Below are positions 9,733-19,979 of a stretch of DNA of 64,000 bases, in pieces. Made by a program: the position numbers and the translations under genes. Each line of letters opens with the position of its first letter. Position 1 is the first letter of the stretch. The stretch comes from an uncultured Bacteroidota bacterium (GTDB lineage: Bacteria; Bacteroidota; Bacteroidia; Chitinophagales; Chitinophagaceae): contig CAWGKD010000022.1 in the NCBI GenBank assembly GCA_963823125.1, forward strand, positions 13,416 through 77,415, given 5' to 3'. The notes under the pieces are model-generated. The model did no database searches and was not told where the DNA came from. It worked only from the letters and a program-made list of their open reading frames with translations.

Positions 9733-10530
9733 TTACGAAAAAACCTGATTAAATAATACTGTTGCAAAACTATAATCAGCTATACTTGTACTATACGATG
9801 GGAATGTCATTACTGTTGCATCCGTACCCGCCAATGTCAATGAATTATTTACTGTTAAAACTTTACCGTTCACATAAACAGTTCCATTATATTGTGATGT
9901 GTCCCATGTTCCGGCGGCAGGGCTATTTACTGTCAATACAAGTATTATGCAAGTATTAGGTGCTAACGTCCAAATCAACCCTCCTCCATTTGCATTGATA
10001 GTTACTATTCCTGTTGAATCATTATCTACCAAATAACATTGACCAACCGATAACGTAGTAGCATCTGGAAGTACAAGCGTTTGAGTTGTCGAACCCGTAA
10101 ACTGTGTAAAATACGGAGATGCGTTTGTTAAAGTAGTTGTACTCCCTGCCGTTGCAACTGCCTGATAACCTAAATTAATAGATGGAGCAGTTACAATCCC
10201 TGTAAATACAGGCGAACTTTCGATATCAGTAAAAGTTTTTACGGTCATGGTAGCAGCAATCTGATCGCCAATAACTATTGATCTTGCACTTGTACTTTCC
10301 TGCGCTCTTACGATTGTAAGTGTATCAGTAGATATTCCGGTAACTCTTACAATTTCAGCATTGGTAGTAAGTGGATTTGCATTTGTAGCCCATACTGTCG
10401 CATTGAATGGAGGTGTAGGAAATAATGCTCCCTGACCAGCCGTTACAACAAGTGATGTACCAGAACTCGCAGGACTTGGAGCAGTCGCTACTAAAGAATA
10501 TGCAAGATTTTTATGTGCGTCAAAAGCCAT
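9733..10530 (-). CDS. Tail-fibre-like protein (265 aa)
   Basis: Ala/Thr/Gly/Ser-rich beta-type composition. Sits in the fibre cluster. Confidence 0.5.
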   Translation of the reverse strand: MAFDAHKNLAYSLVATAPSPASSGTSLVVTAGQGALFPTPPFNATVWATNANPLTTNAEIVRVTGISTDTLTIVRAQESTSARSIVIGDQIAATMTVKTFTDIESSPVFTGIVTAPSINLGYQAVATAGSTTTLTNASPYFTQFTGSTTQTLVLPDATTLSVGQCYLVDNDSTGIVTINANGGGLIWTLAPNTCIILVLTVNSPAAGTWDTSQYNGTVYVNGKVLTVNNSLTLAGTDATVMTFPSYSTSIADYSFATVLFNQVFS

Positions 10531-10539
10531 AATTTTATT

Positions 10540-11433
10540 TTATAAACTTGCGGTGTAAATCAAACTTTTATTATTTACTATATTACTTATATGCGCCTTT
10601 GATAAATTAAATTGTTCACACAACTTTGTTTGCATCCCATGTTCTTTACCCTTCTCACGAATAAAATTTATATCAGTTACAGAAAGTCTTGTTGGTTGTC
10701 TTAATGCTGCCGATCTGCGGTTTTCTGGGTTAGCAAAAAAATTCTTTGTTACTACTGAATTTTTAGCCCTGTTTTCTGGATTAGAAAAATATGCCTTTAC
10801 CCTTTCTGATTGCTTTGCTTGATTTTCGAGATTACCCCATCGCTTTTTAGCCCCGACTGACATATTTTTTCTAACCGATTCGGACGACAGAACATCGGTA
10901 AATTTTTTCTTAAAATCTGATTCACTGAACATCTTTTTAAGAGTTGCAGATGTTTTATTTTTAGCTTCTTCTGATCGCATAATACCCTTGTGCGCATCTG
11001 ATATTTTCTTTCTTACTTCTGGATTATCTCTTGCAATTTTAGATGCCTCCATAACTCTTTTTTTGTATTCAGGATTAGACATTAATTTTTTAGCCGTTTC
11101 AGACATCCGATTTCTTTCCTTTTTTGAAAACTTTCTCCCTCTTGATGGAGCAGTTGAATCAAACGTCATATTGTAAAACATATTTTTATTAATACACTCA
11201 TCTAATAAAATTTGCTCCTCTTTTTTAAGTTCTGGAATAGATACTTCCTTTAATATTTCAAAAACAAAAGAACCTTCTCTATATTTATTCCATGCTCTTT
11301 GCAGCCTTATACTATGATGCCTATTTGACCGCAAATCTCTTATATGCTCTTTAAACCTTTTGTTTATATTAACTGAAGAACCGATATATTTATTGCCATT
11401 AGCAACATTCCGTATTTCATATACTCCTGTCAT
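10540..11433 (-). CDS. GIY-YIG homing endonuclease with NUMOD-like repeats
   Basis: GVYEIRNVANGNKYIGSSVNINKRFKEH...R...N matches the GIY-(10)-YIG core. It is followed by repeated basic helix motifs (SEEAKNKTSATLKK, SESVRKNMSVGAKKRW, PENRAKNS...). Confidence 0.8.
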   Translation of the reverse strand: MTGVYEIRNVANGNKYIGSSVNINKRFKEHIRDLRSNRHHSIRLQRAWNKYREGSFVFEILKEVSIPELKKEEQILLDECINKNMFYNMTFDSTAPSRGRKFSKKERNRMSETAKKLMSNPEYKKRVMEASKIARDNPEVRKKISDAHKGIMRSEEAKNKTSATLKKMFSESDFKKKFTDVLSSESVRKNMSVGAKKRWGNLENQAKQSERVKAYFSNPENRAKNSVVTKNFFANPENRRSAALRQPTRLSVTDINFIREKGKEHGMQTKLCEQFNLSKAHISNIVNNKSLIYTASL

Positions 11434-11459
11434 ATATTTTACTTTATATAACCATTATA

Positions 11460-12272
11460 TTACAATGAAGCTGTGTAACTTACGCTTATCGTATCTGTTG
11501 CTACGGTTGCTTTGTCACCGCCCGTAAACAAACCAGCCGAATACAAAGTACCGGAGGTATTATCTATTGTCGAAACTGCCCCAGATCCGAACACAATAAA
11601 ACATCCTTTTACCGTACCTGAACTTGTTATAGCAAACGCTAAAGGTGCTGAAAGAGCTTTGCTTCCGCTTGCTGCCCCTGACCATGCACAAGTCGGTCTT
11701 GGTGCGGTATAAGATGGCGCATTTGCGTTCCCAGCTTCTGTCCAGTCACCATGCGAACTCATAGTATCTGTTGCAAGTGTTCCAACTCCGGTACAAGTTA
11801 AAGTAGTTGAAGATACGGTTTGTGATAAGTTTACAGTAGCAGTACCCGTACTATTGTTTGGATTTGTGCCAAGCCCTGTAACATAAGTTCCTGCCGTTAC
11901 ACCTGTTCCTGTAACAAGTTGCCCTATTACCATTGTACCTGAAGTATAACCTGTAATATTCATTACATAGCCATTAATTACTCCTGTTCCTACAAATGGA
12001 GTTCCTGGAGATGTATAACCAACAGAAGATATTAAGCCCATATACGGACCGGTTACGGTATAAGCAGAACCCGCTAAATAAGTATCGAGGGCAAGATTTT
12101 TACCTACTGTGGTTACTACGTTATCAATGGTATCTTCCCATTTTAATTTACCGTCTGCATCAAAACACTTGACATAATATGTGCCATGTGCTTCGATTAT
12201 TTCGCTATGTGTTGAACGCCTGATTATACAGGCATCAATATTGTCTTTTGTTGACGATTTTTCGTTTTGCAT
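11460..12272 (-). CDS. Fibre/baseplate-like structural protein (270 aa)
   Basis: Gly/Thr/Ser/Ala-rich beta-type composition. Lies next to the homing endonuclease. Confidence 0.5.
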   Translation of the reverse strand: MQNEKSSTKDNIDACIIRRSTHSEIIEAHGTYYVKCFDADGKLKWEDTIDNVVTTVGKNLALDTYLAGSAYTVTGPYMGLISSVGYTSPGTPFVGTGVINGYVMNITGYTSGTMVIGQLVTGTGVTAGTYVTGLGTNPNNSTGTATVNLSQTVSSTTLTCTGVGTLATDTMSSHGDWTEAGNANAPSYTAPRPTCAWSGAASGSKALSAPLAFAITSSGTVKGCFIVFGSGAVSTIDNTSGTLYSAGLFTGGDKATVATDTISVSYTASL

Positions 12273-12280
12273 TTTTTATT

Positions 12281-12859
12281 TTATTTATAAACAGGAATAA
12301 TTTCTTTTAAATTACCAAAATTATCTCTTTGTATTTTCATGGATAATAATTCTTTTTTTATTTCTTTTGATTCAATTTCCTTTGGCATATCAGATTGAGA
12401 AAATACTTTTTCAACCAACTGATTATTTTTTGCAATCATGCCTACAATTAATTTATAACATTCCACAATATATTTATCATCATTGTCTTGGGGAATGTTT
12501 TTTAATAACTCAATAATTGTTTCATTTTGGCCTGATATACTTTCTGCAATAGATTCTAATGGTTGCAGATTGACTTCTATTTTTGGATTTACGGTTACGG
12601 TGGGAGGTTTTATTTTTGTAAATTCAGAAATAGTTTTTGATATTGATTCTGAAATTTTGTTTCCTAAATCTTTATCAAAATGCTCTGTTTTTTCCTGATT
12701 ATCCAAAATGTCTGATGCTATCTCCTGAAATGTTTTAAGCAGAACCCCTACTGCATTCATGGAGAACTGAGCTTTATTATTAGTGACCTTATTGTTTAAA
12801 TCTTCTAAGGCTTTTATTTCAGCTCTTTTAGAGGCGATATAATCAATGGGTTCATTCAT
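12281..12859 (-). CDS. Hypothetical protein (192 aa)
   Basis: Track ORF, co-directional. Confidence 0.55.
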   Translation of the reverse strand: MNEPIDYIASKRAEIKALEDLNNKVTNNKAQFSMNAVGVLLKTFQEIASDILDNQEKTEHFDKDLGNKISESISKTISEFTKIKPPTVTVNPKIEVNLQPLESIAESISGQNETIIELLKNIPQDNDDKYIVECYKLIVGMIAKNNQLVEKVFSQSDMPKEIESKEIKKELLSMKIQRDNFGNLKEIIPVYK

Positions 12860-12895
12860 GTTTCAGATTATAAAGTTACTTAATTTTTGTTGTTT

Positions 12896-15800
12896 TCACA
12901 CTTGATTAACTCCTGTCAAACAATCCAATAAATCCTTTAATGCCGCATACCTTTCTCTGCCTTGTTTTATCATTCCATCGGCACGTTTTGGCACTTCACG
13001 GTCAACTAAATTACCCTCTTTATCAAAAGTGAAAGGTATTTTAGCATCACTCGTTTCTTTCTCTATTGGCTGATTTATTAACCTGTCTTCTTTTTGTTGA
13101 ACTGTTTCTTCGGGTTGTGGTTTTTCAGATACAGTAGATTCTTGTTTTTTTTCTTCAATTGGTTTTCGCCCTAATTGTTTATAAATTTTATCAATATCTT
13201 CCTGTTTTAAATTACCGGCATCTTTTTCCATTTGGATTTTTTTGTCGAGTAATTCATGAAGCTGTTTTAATCTTTCAGGGTCAACATCCCTTCCTTTATA
13301 CTGACCAATTTCTTGTAAATATTTATCTAATTTTCCTTTTTTAATTGATTCTTTTAATGGTTCTCCCGTTCCTTTATCAAAAGATTCTTTTATTTTTTGT
13401 GCAAATTCAGAAAACGATTCGGGAGTTTTTATTTTATAATCAATACCTAATTTTTCAAGAATGGTATTTATAAATTGAATAAAAGGATTTTGTTTTTCTT
13501 TTGGTATATCGTTAATGTCTATTTTCCCTTGTGCTATATGTGTTAATAATTCTGTTATCCCTTCTGGTGCTTGTTGCGTGTATGGATATTGTTCAGCGTG
13601 TGCCAAAACAGCGTCCATACCTTTAACACCATTCATTTGTGAAGATATTTTTCCCCATGCTGAACTTGCGTCTTTCCAACTTGTACCAATAGCATCCGCT
13701 ACAATAGGATGAATAACTTCATGAATGGCTGTCTTAGCTGAATTGGTTCTTTTTATTTCTGAAAGATTGAGTAAAATTCTATGCTCACCATTTGCTTCCA
13801 TGTTGGCAGTACCCCTCGAACCTCTTGTACCACCTGCTTTCTCAAATTCTTTATCAGTATCATAAGTTTCAAGTGTAGCTTTTGGGTAAAGACTTTGTAA
13901 TACTGATTTGGCTTTTGAAACATAATTATCAATATCGGATTGATTACCTGAACTTAAAACTTTATTAGATATATCTTCGCCTTTTACGTTACCATTAATT
14001 TCATTTAAAATATCATCTATTGATACTTCGTGTATTGGTCTGTCAAGAACAGAAGTTCCTTTTGCAGATACAGTAGATTCTTGTTTTGGTGTTGGTATTG
14101 ATTTTTCGTTTTCTGCTAATTTTTTTATTCCATCAGGTACTTCTAATCCTGCACTTTCTATTATTTTTTTCACATCATGGCCGCTCACCCTTCCTTCTTT
14201 AATCCATTTTTCATATTGACCACCAGATTCTGCGTTTTTATTAATTGTATTTTTTATATCCTGCTTTAAATCATCAATAGTAAATCCAGATTCTTTTGCT
14301 TTTTTGATTGCTTCTGTTCTTTTCCCAACTTCTTTTTGTAGTTCACTTAACTTATCAAGTGCATTATCTACATCATAGTCTTCCACATATTTTGAAAATT
14401 CATCATAAACATTCTTGGTCATATCTTCTCCGGTATTAGCCATGTAATTACTAATACTATCAAATAAGTCCATTATTTCTTTTTTCTGTTCTTCTGTCCC
14501 CGTTTTTGCCAAAACATCCTTTACCTTATTAATTTGTTTTTGTGCTAATTGAAGGGATGTTTCATTGTGTTCAATAATACTTTTATTAGCATCTTTTAAT
14601 AAATCTATGGATGGTGAAGCTATTTCAACTTGCTTACCAAACAAATTCATAGCACTTGATTTTTTTTCTCCTTTTAAATCAACATCTTTATTCAATATGG
14701 TTTTAGTTTTTTCTTCGTCAGGTTCTTCTTCTATATCTTTTAATAATCTTAAATCACCTTCTCTCTTTTTTTGTCGTTGATATTTTTCATACATTTTTTC
14801 TGCCATTGGATAAGCATCATTAATATCTAAATCAACTCCTTGCTTAGAAAACGAATCCATAAGTTGATCTGCTATTGCGCCGACTTTATCCATTTCCTCT
14901 AATTTAGAATCTTCAATAGGCGTATATTCCTTACCTCTTAAAAATAGACTTTCTTTTAAGCTATTTATTAAATCGTTTGCTTGGTCGGTAGTTAATTCAT
15001 CTAAAAATGGCTTATCTAATGATTGCCGAATCATCTTATTTGTTTCATAATCTTTATCGAATGTAGGTGTCTTTCCACCACCACCCAATCCAGTACCTTG
15101 TTGTTGTGTTTTTTCTTCTCCACTAACTGTTGTAGATTTTGATTTTTCGGATGTTTTAGGAATATATTTTGCCTGCTCATTTATTTGTTCTCCTTTATTG
15201 TTTCTAAAAGATTGTTCAAACATCCCTCCTGCACTATCATAATTAGCAGGGGAAATCCCAACTCCTTCAATATTTTCTCTCTGATTTCTATATTCTGGTG
15301 ATACATCAGATGAAAGTATTAAAGGAGTACCATACATCTTACTACCATCATCATTTATTTCAAACGGATGTATTTCTACGGTTTTACGCCCAGTCCTATT
15401 GCTTGTTGAAACATTTACTATTTCATATCCATTCCCACTTGGAAATTTTATCTCATCGCCAACTTTTGCATTATCTACAATCCATTTACCTAAATGGGAT
15501 GGGTCTTGAGATTTTTTTGATTTGCTACCAGCATTAATAAATCCTTCATTTCCCACTGCTTTTTCTACACTAACTGTTGTAGTGGATGGTTGTTCTGTTG
15601 GCTGTTCGGGTTGTGGATTATTTAAAATATCTTGCTTTTGTTGTTCAATATCTTTTACTGCATCTTTATTTGCCAATGTTTTATCTGGAATATTTTTATT
15701 AGCATCCTCTGTTACTTTACCTTTTAATGATAAAGCTAAAAATCTTTGTTTCTGCTCATTTGATAATTTAGTATTTTTATTTAATTCATCATTGACTTGT

Positions 15801-17755
15801 TTTATATGGTCAAGATTGGATAATTTTTCTTGTATAGTTGGGTCTTGCGGATTTTTCTGTAATTGTTCGTTTAAAATTTGTTTGATATAATCGTAACTAT
15901 CTGCCATTTGTTGATAAGCCTTACCATCAAGTGTTATATCTGGTTGCTTAATTGCTTCACCAAATGAACTCATTGCCGCTAATCCTGCACCTGATAATAA
16001 ATTAGTCAGATAGTTGTCTATTAAACCTTTGCTATCTTGTTCTGATTGTAAATTTCTACTACCCGAAGCTGCATCTAATCCTTTATGCAAATAATTATAT
16101 GCGGTTAATACATTTGCTGTCTTAACTGCTTCTTTTGGTAATGAACCTATATATTTATTAACCTTATCTAAAATCATTGGTTTTACTTCCGCTTGTTCAA
16201 TATCACCACTTGCTAAACTTGAAATTGTTTTTTGTATTTCTGGTTCAAGTGTTTTTTTAGCTTCCAGCATTTTATTTACGGGAAGCAATTTCATTAATGA
16301 AGCGTCAAGCGTAGTACCTAAAATTGAATATTCGGTTCTTAATGCTTTGCTTTTTGCATCATCTCCGGGATATAATTGCGCTGCTCTATCCTGATTACCG
16401 CTTTCAAACATTAAAACCATATTAGCTTCTTCGGGTACGCCCGCCAATCCGCCTAATAACATAGGCGCAACCGAAGCAACAGTAGTTAATGGTTTTTCAA
16501 ATGCACCTTTTAATCCTTGTGGTTCTACACTTGAGGTAGCATAAAGTTGTTGATCTTCTCTTGCTTTTTTATCTTGTTCGTTTTCTATTAATCCTAAATT
16601 CTGCGGTAAACTATTCCCATTTGGGTCTAAGAAATTACCAGTAGCGACATTAAGAATATTACGCATTGATTTGTTGTATTGTTCAGCACCCCTATTCAAT
16701 GAATATCCTATTTGATGTGCAAAATCTGTCAATGGTATTATTCTATCAGCGTGTCCAGCTTCAACTACTGGTCTAATATTTTGTTTGTAATAATTCATTT
16801 CCCTATACGTCCATGTACCGTTTTTAACAAGCAAATCTGCCGCCTTATCTGTTTTATCTACTCCCGGATTACTATACAACCAACTATTCATATTGTTATC
16901 TTCCATTATTTGCCCTAAATCTGTTCCTAATTTTTTATTGGCATAAGTCGGATGATTAACATATAAATTGTCTTTTGCTATTTGATATTGCTGCCCGAAT
17001 TGTGGATTAGTCTTTGCCTTTTGGATAATATCAGGATTATTCAATCCTTCGTCTATCAATGTGCCAGCTTTAGCATCTCCCGTTTCATTCGCATTTTTGC
17101 CACCATAAAGATTAGTAGCAAAATCATCGAAGTTTTGATATTTATTAGCAGCATCATCAATCGTTCTTTTCTGTTGATATTTTTGTAATGCTAATTGTGT
17201 AGTTAGGTTTTGCGGCAATACACCTTTAATCCAATCCAATGGATGAGCATCTAAATTACCAATATCGGTATTTAATTTTTTATCAATTTGATTTTTTATA
17301 TAATTACCCGCATCTGTACCATCTGAAAAACCGTAATTTTTAATTAACTGTTGTTGCTTATTAAGTACAGCCAATTCAGTTTGTGCGCCAAAGTCTTTTG
17401 GATTATCTTGGGTAAGTTTAAGAAGGTCTTGCTTTTTAGATTCTAAATCATTTACTTTATTACCTATAAAATCATCATTATTATTTATACTTGGTAATTG
17501 CTGTGATTGATTATAAGATTGCAAGGGAGTATCAAATCTTCTTACAGCTTCATTTTCAATTTCTTTATCAGAAGGAATTGTATCTGGTTTAGCAGTAATA
17601 CCTTTTGGCAAATTTGTAGGTAAATTATTTTGCGGGGTAACACCCAAAAAAGATTTAACCTTATCTACCTGAATATCTTTTGGTATAGAAGGAACTTTAT
17701 TAACACCACTACCTACGTTTGATAGTTGGCCATTGCCATTCAATGTACCACCCAT
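12896..17755 (-). CDS. Giant polyvalent-type virion protein with HExxH zincin motif (1619 aa; probably begins at 17886 through a frame change)
   Basis: 4.86-kb uninterrupted ORF. TAIHEVIHPIV (HEVIH encoded at 13709-13723) is a zinc-metallopeptidase signature. Long Lys/Glu/Gln-rich linker regions. Confidence 0.75.
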   Translation of the reverse strand: MGGTLNGNGQLSNVGSGVNKVPSIPKDIQVDKVKSFLGVTPQNNLPTNLPKGITAKPDTIPSDKEIENEAVRRFDTPLQSYNQSQQLPSINNNDDFIGNKVNDLESKKQDLLKLTQDNPKDFGAQTELAVLNKQQQLIKNYGFSDGTDAGNYIKNQIDKKLNTDIGNLDAHPLDWIKGVLPQNLTTQLALQKYQQKRTIDDAANKYQNFDDFATNLYGGKNANETGDAKAGTLIDEGLNNPDIIQKAKTNPQFGQQYQIAKDNLYVNHPTYANKKLGTDLGQIMEDNNMNSWLYSNPGVDKTDKAADLLVKNGTWTYREMNYYKQNIRPVVEAGHADRIIPLTDFAHQIGYSLNRGAEQYNKSMRNILNVATGNFLDPNGNSLPQNLGLIENEQDKKAREDQQLYATSSVEPQGLKGAFEKPLTTVASVAPMLLGGLAGVPEEANMVLMFESGNQDRAAQLYPGDDAKSKALRTEYSILGTTLDASLMKLLPVNKMLEAKKTLEPEIQKTISSLASGDIEQAEVKPMILDKVNKYIGSLPKEAVKTANVLTAYNYLHKGLDAASGSRNLQSEQDSKGLIDNYLTNLLSGAGLAAMSSFGEAIKQPDITLDGKAYQQMADSYDYIKQILNEQLQKNPQDPTIQEKLSNLDHIKQVNDELNKNTKLSNEQKQRFLALSLKGKVTEDANKNIPDKTLANKDAVKDIEQQKQDILNNPQPEQPTEQPSTTTVSVEKAVGNEGFINAGSKSKKSQDPSHLGKWIVDNAKVGDEIKFPSGNGYEIVNVSTSNRTGRKTVEIHPFEINDDGSKMYGTPLILSSDVSPEYRNQRENIEGVGISPANYDSAGGMFEQSFRNNKGEQINEQAKYIPKTSEKSKSTTVSGEEKTQQQGTGLGGGGKTPTFDKDYETNKMIRQSLDKPFLDELTTDQANDLINSLKESLFLRGKEYTPIEDSKLEEMDKVGAIADQLMDSFSKQGVDLDINDAYPMAEKMYEKYQRQKKREGDLRLLKDIEEEPDEEKTKTILNKDVDLKGEKKSSAMNLFGKQVEIASPSIDLLKDANKSIIEHNETSLQLAQKQINKVKDVLAKTGTEEQKKEIMDLFDSISNYMANTGEDMTKNVYDEFSKYVEDYDVDNALDKLSELQKEVGKRTEAIKKAKESGFTIDDLKQDIKNTINKNAESGGQYEKWIKEGRVSGHDVKKIIESAGLEVPDGIKKLAENEKSIPTPKQESTVSAKGTSVLDRPIHEVSIDDILNEINGNVKGEDISNKVLSSGNQSDIDNYVSKAKSVLQSLYPKATLETYDTDKEFEKAGGTRGSRGTANMEANGEHRILLNLSEIKRTNSAKTAIHEVIHPIVADAIGTSWKDASSAWGKISSQMNGVKGMDAVLAHAEQYPYTQQAPEGITELLTHIAQGKIDINDIPKEKQNPFIQFINTILEKLGIDYKIKTPESFSEFAQKIKESFDKGTGEPLKESIKKGKLDKYLQEIGQYKGRDVDPERLKQLHELLDKKIQMEKDAGNLKQEDIDKIYKQLGRKPIEEKKQESTVSEKPQPEETVQQKEDRLINQPIEKETSDAKIPFTFDKEGNLVDREVPKRADGMIKQGRERYAALKDLLDCLTGVNQV

Positions 17756-17788
17756 TCCACCAACTACTGCACCTATGCCACCATCTTC

Positions 17789-17797
17789 TTTTTTTTT
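17789..17797 (-). other. A9 homopolymer (sense strand) separating an upstream start codon from the 1619-aa frame
   Basis: ATG at 17886-17884 lies 6 nt after the stop of the upstream gene. It opens MPIGDQIDDQLLPPPPSKKQGGVDLLPPPPKKKKMVA*. A -1 shift on CCA AAA AAA AAG joins it to ...KKKEDGGIGAVVGGMGGTLNG of the giant ORF. Confidence 0.6.
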
Positions 17798-17892
17798 GGA
17801 GGTGGTGGTAGCAAATCAACTCCACCCTGTTTTTTACTTGGTGGAGGAGGTAATAATTGATCGTCTATTTGGTCACCTATTGGCATTTAACT

Positions 17893-19311
17893 TTATTTAA
17901 TATTATAGCCATTTGATATGTAATACTGTTTCAATTCATCTAAATTATATCCTTCATAACCCTTAGTTCCTATAAGTGATTTTAAGGTATTTAAAGATAC
18001 TGTCTTTGTTTTTGGTTGTTTAACACCCGGTTTAAGATTTGTAACATTTCCTATTTTTGACGTATTTGGTTTTTGTAGGTTAGCTGTTTTCTGTAATACT
18101 GTTCCGTAATCTACTGGTGTGTTATCCCATTTTATATTTTGTGGATTGTCTATATCTTTTTTACCAAAAATAAAATTACCATCATTATCTACTTTAACAA
18201 CACTATTAGATGTCATTTCTCTACCGTAAATTGATTTATACATTGCTGGTGTTAAAGTAACATTACCTTGTTGATCTTTATGACTTATAATGTTATCTAC
18301 TGTTTGCCTGGTATCTGCTAATATTGTTGCAGGGTCAATCCCTTGCGCTTTCTCTCTTGCATTAGCTAAAGACATTTTAGCTGCCAATCCAAATTCTTTT
18401 TGTTCACCTTCGGTTGCTACATTTCTTGCTTTCATAATTCCCATTGCCATCAACATCTTTTGGGTGTCATTCCCTATGTTATCATTTGGGAAAATTGATT
18501 TATAAGCTGCATTGGCTTGTGGATAAAAATTTGGATCATACAGTAAATTTTCAGCTTGGTTTTCTTTTTCTGTTCCTTTTGCAAAAGCAGCATATTGCAT
18601 AACACCTTGTTTAATCTGGTCATCCCTAAATTTTGTAATGGTCGGTGTGTAAACATATCCTTGTGAATCCACTCTTGGCTTTTTTGATGTGTCTGTTATC
18701 GGCTTTGGTTTTATATTTTGAAAAGCTGAATTAAAAAGTTGTTCTTCCTGCAAAGGACTAAAAGCTGGTTTATTATAAGATATATTATTTATATTTGGAT
18801 TTCCTCTTTTTGGATCATAAATAGACATAGAATTTCGGTTAAAAATATCCATATCTGAATTAGGTGTCCATGAATCAAGATTATTCGGGTCTTCTAATTT
18901 ACCTGTCGGATGCCACGATTTGTTTAACCGAAGTTGGTCTGCTTTTAAATCTTGTTCATGTGCATTTTTTGATAATTGAGTATCATTAAGCAAATCGGTG
19001 TGCATTTTATTAAACTGTGTTGTAGTTGCATAATTATCTAATTTGGGATTTTCAAGATATTTTCTGTTTTGCGGATTTAAAGCAAACTCTTGTAAATTAT
19101 TTAGTTTTTGCGACCACCCATTCTGAATATCCTGCGTTCTCATCCCTGTTGGTGTCGTATCTGATAAAACCTTCTGATAATATTGGTCAAGTGCATCACG
19201 TTTGGCTTGCTGATGAGCCATTAATTGAGCATAGAAATTTACGGATGGTTCTGTATCGAATTTAACAGCTCCACCTGTGAACATACTTTCTAAACCTGTA
19301 TTGGTTGGCAT
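17893..19311 (-). CDS. Hypothetical virion protein (472 aa)
   Basis: Track ORF, tightly packed. Confidence 0.65.
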   Translation of the reverse strand: MPTNTGLESMFTGGAVKFDTEPSVNFYAQLMAHQQAKRDALDQYYQKVLSDTTPTGMRTQDIQNGWSQKLNNLQEFALNPQNRKYLENPKLDNYATTTQFNKMHTDLLNDTQLSKNAHEQDLKADQLRLNKSWHPTGKLEDPNNLDSWTPNSDMDIFNRNSMSIYDPKRGNPNINNISYNKPAFSPLQEEQLFNSAFQNIKPKPITDTSKKPRVDSQGYVYTPTITKFRDDQIKQGVMQYAAFAKGTEKENQAENLLYDPNFYPQANAAYKSIFPNDNIGNDTQKMLMAMGIMKARNVATEGEQKEFGLAAKMSLANAREKAQGIDPATILADTRQTVDNIISHKDQQGNVTLTPAMYKSIYGREMTSNSVVKVDNDGNFIFGKKDIDNPQNIKWDNTPVDYGTVLQKTANLQKPNTSKIGNVTNLKPGVKQPKTKTVSLNTLKSLIGTKGYEGYNLDELKQYYISNGYNIK

Positions 19312-19328
19312 TTATTTTAATAAATTTT

Positions 19329-19979
19329 TTATGGTGTTAAATATCCTCCCGTATGAACATAATCAACATTTGGAGGAGGTAAATAAACACCATTATTACC
19401 ACCACCCTGACTATACATTTTATTAATCATTTGATATTGCTGTGCTGAATTTAAGCCTCCAAATATGTTACTTAACCCTGCATTCATAGTTTGATTACCT
19501 CCTGCTGCTTGTCCTGCATATAAATCAGCTTTCATTTGGAATGGCATAAGTTTATTATACTGATAAGCCATTTGGTCTTGCTGTGCCTGCATACCTGCCG
19601 CTTGTCCTAACATCCCGAATCTTTGATTTTGCTGCCCTTCGGCTGCTGTTCCTGCATTAAGCGAAGCATCATTTGCACCCTGTACTAAATTACCGACACC
19701 AGCCAATGCACTACGCCTGTCTTGCAAAGCATTTAATCCTGAACCAACATTTCTTCCAATTTGGTTTTGCTGATTTCTGTATAATGAAGTTGAATACGGA
19801 TTAACATTATATCTCTGTAATGCTGTCTGGTAATAGTTTGCTATGGATGGGCTTTCAGTATATTGTGGTGCATTTTGTAAGTTAGATAAATAATTCTTTC
19901 TCCCTTTGGCTGCTCCTATTGCGCCAAAAATACTTTGAAGCGCACCTGCACCTGCTCCTATAATTGCTGTTGTTGGCAT
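19329..19979 (-). CDS. Gly/Gln/Ala-rich internal virion-like protein (216 aa)
   Basis: N-terminal MPTTAIIGAGAGALQSIFGAIGAAKG, then Gln/Asn/Gly-rich low complexity. Confidence 0.55.
   Translation of the reverse strand: MPTTAIIGAGAGALQSIFGAIGAAKGRKNYLSNLQNAPQYTESPSIANYYQTALQRYNVNPYSTSLYRNQQNQIGRNVGSGLNALQDRRSALAGVGNLVQGANDASLNAGTAAEGQQNQRFGMLGQAAGMQAQQDQMAYQYNKLMPFQMKADLYAGQAAGGNQTMNAGLSNIFGGLNSAQQYQMINKMYSQGGGNNGVYLPPPNVDYVHTGGYLTP

Noticed and set aside
10797-10997. Same-strand alternative-frame ORFs nested in larger genes (10797..10997 in the GIY-YIG gene, 18474..18656, 43252..43467).
   Set aside because: They are fully contained in better-supported ORFs. For 43252..43467 I noticed that HIICPK in the alternative frame resembles the H-x-x-P-K of NinG-like proteins, which might indicate a compensated double frameshift. 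The evidence is too thin to report.
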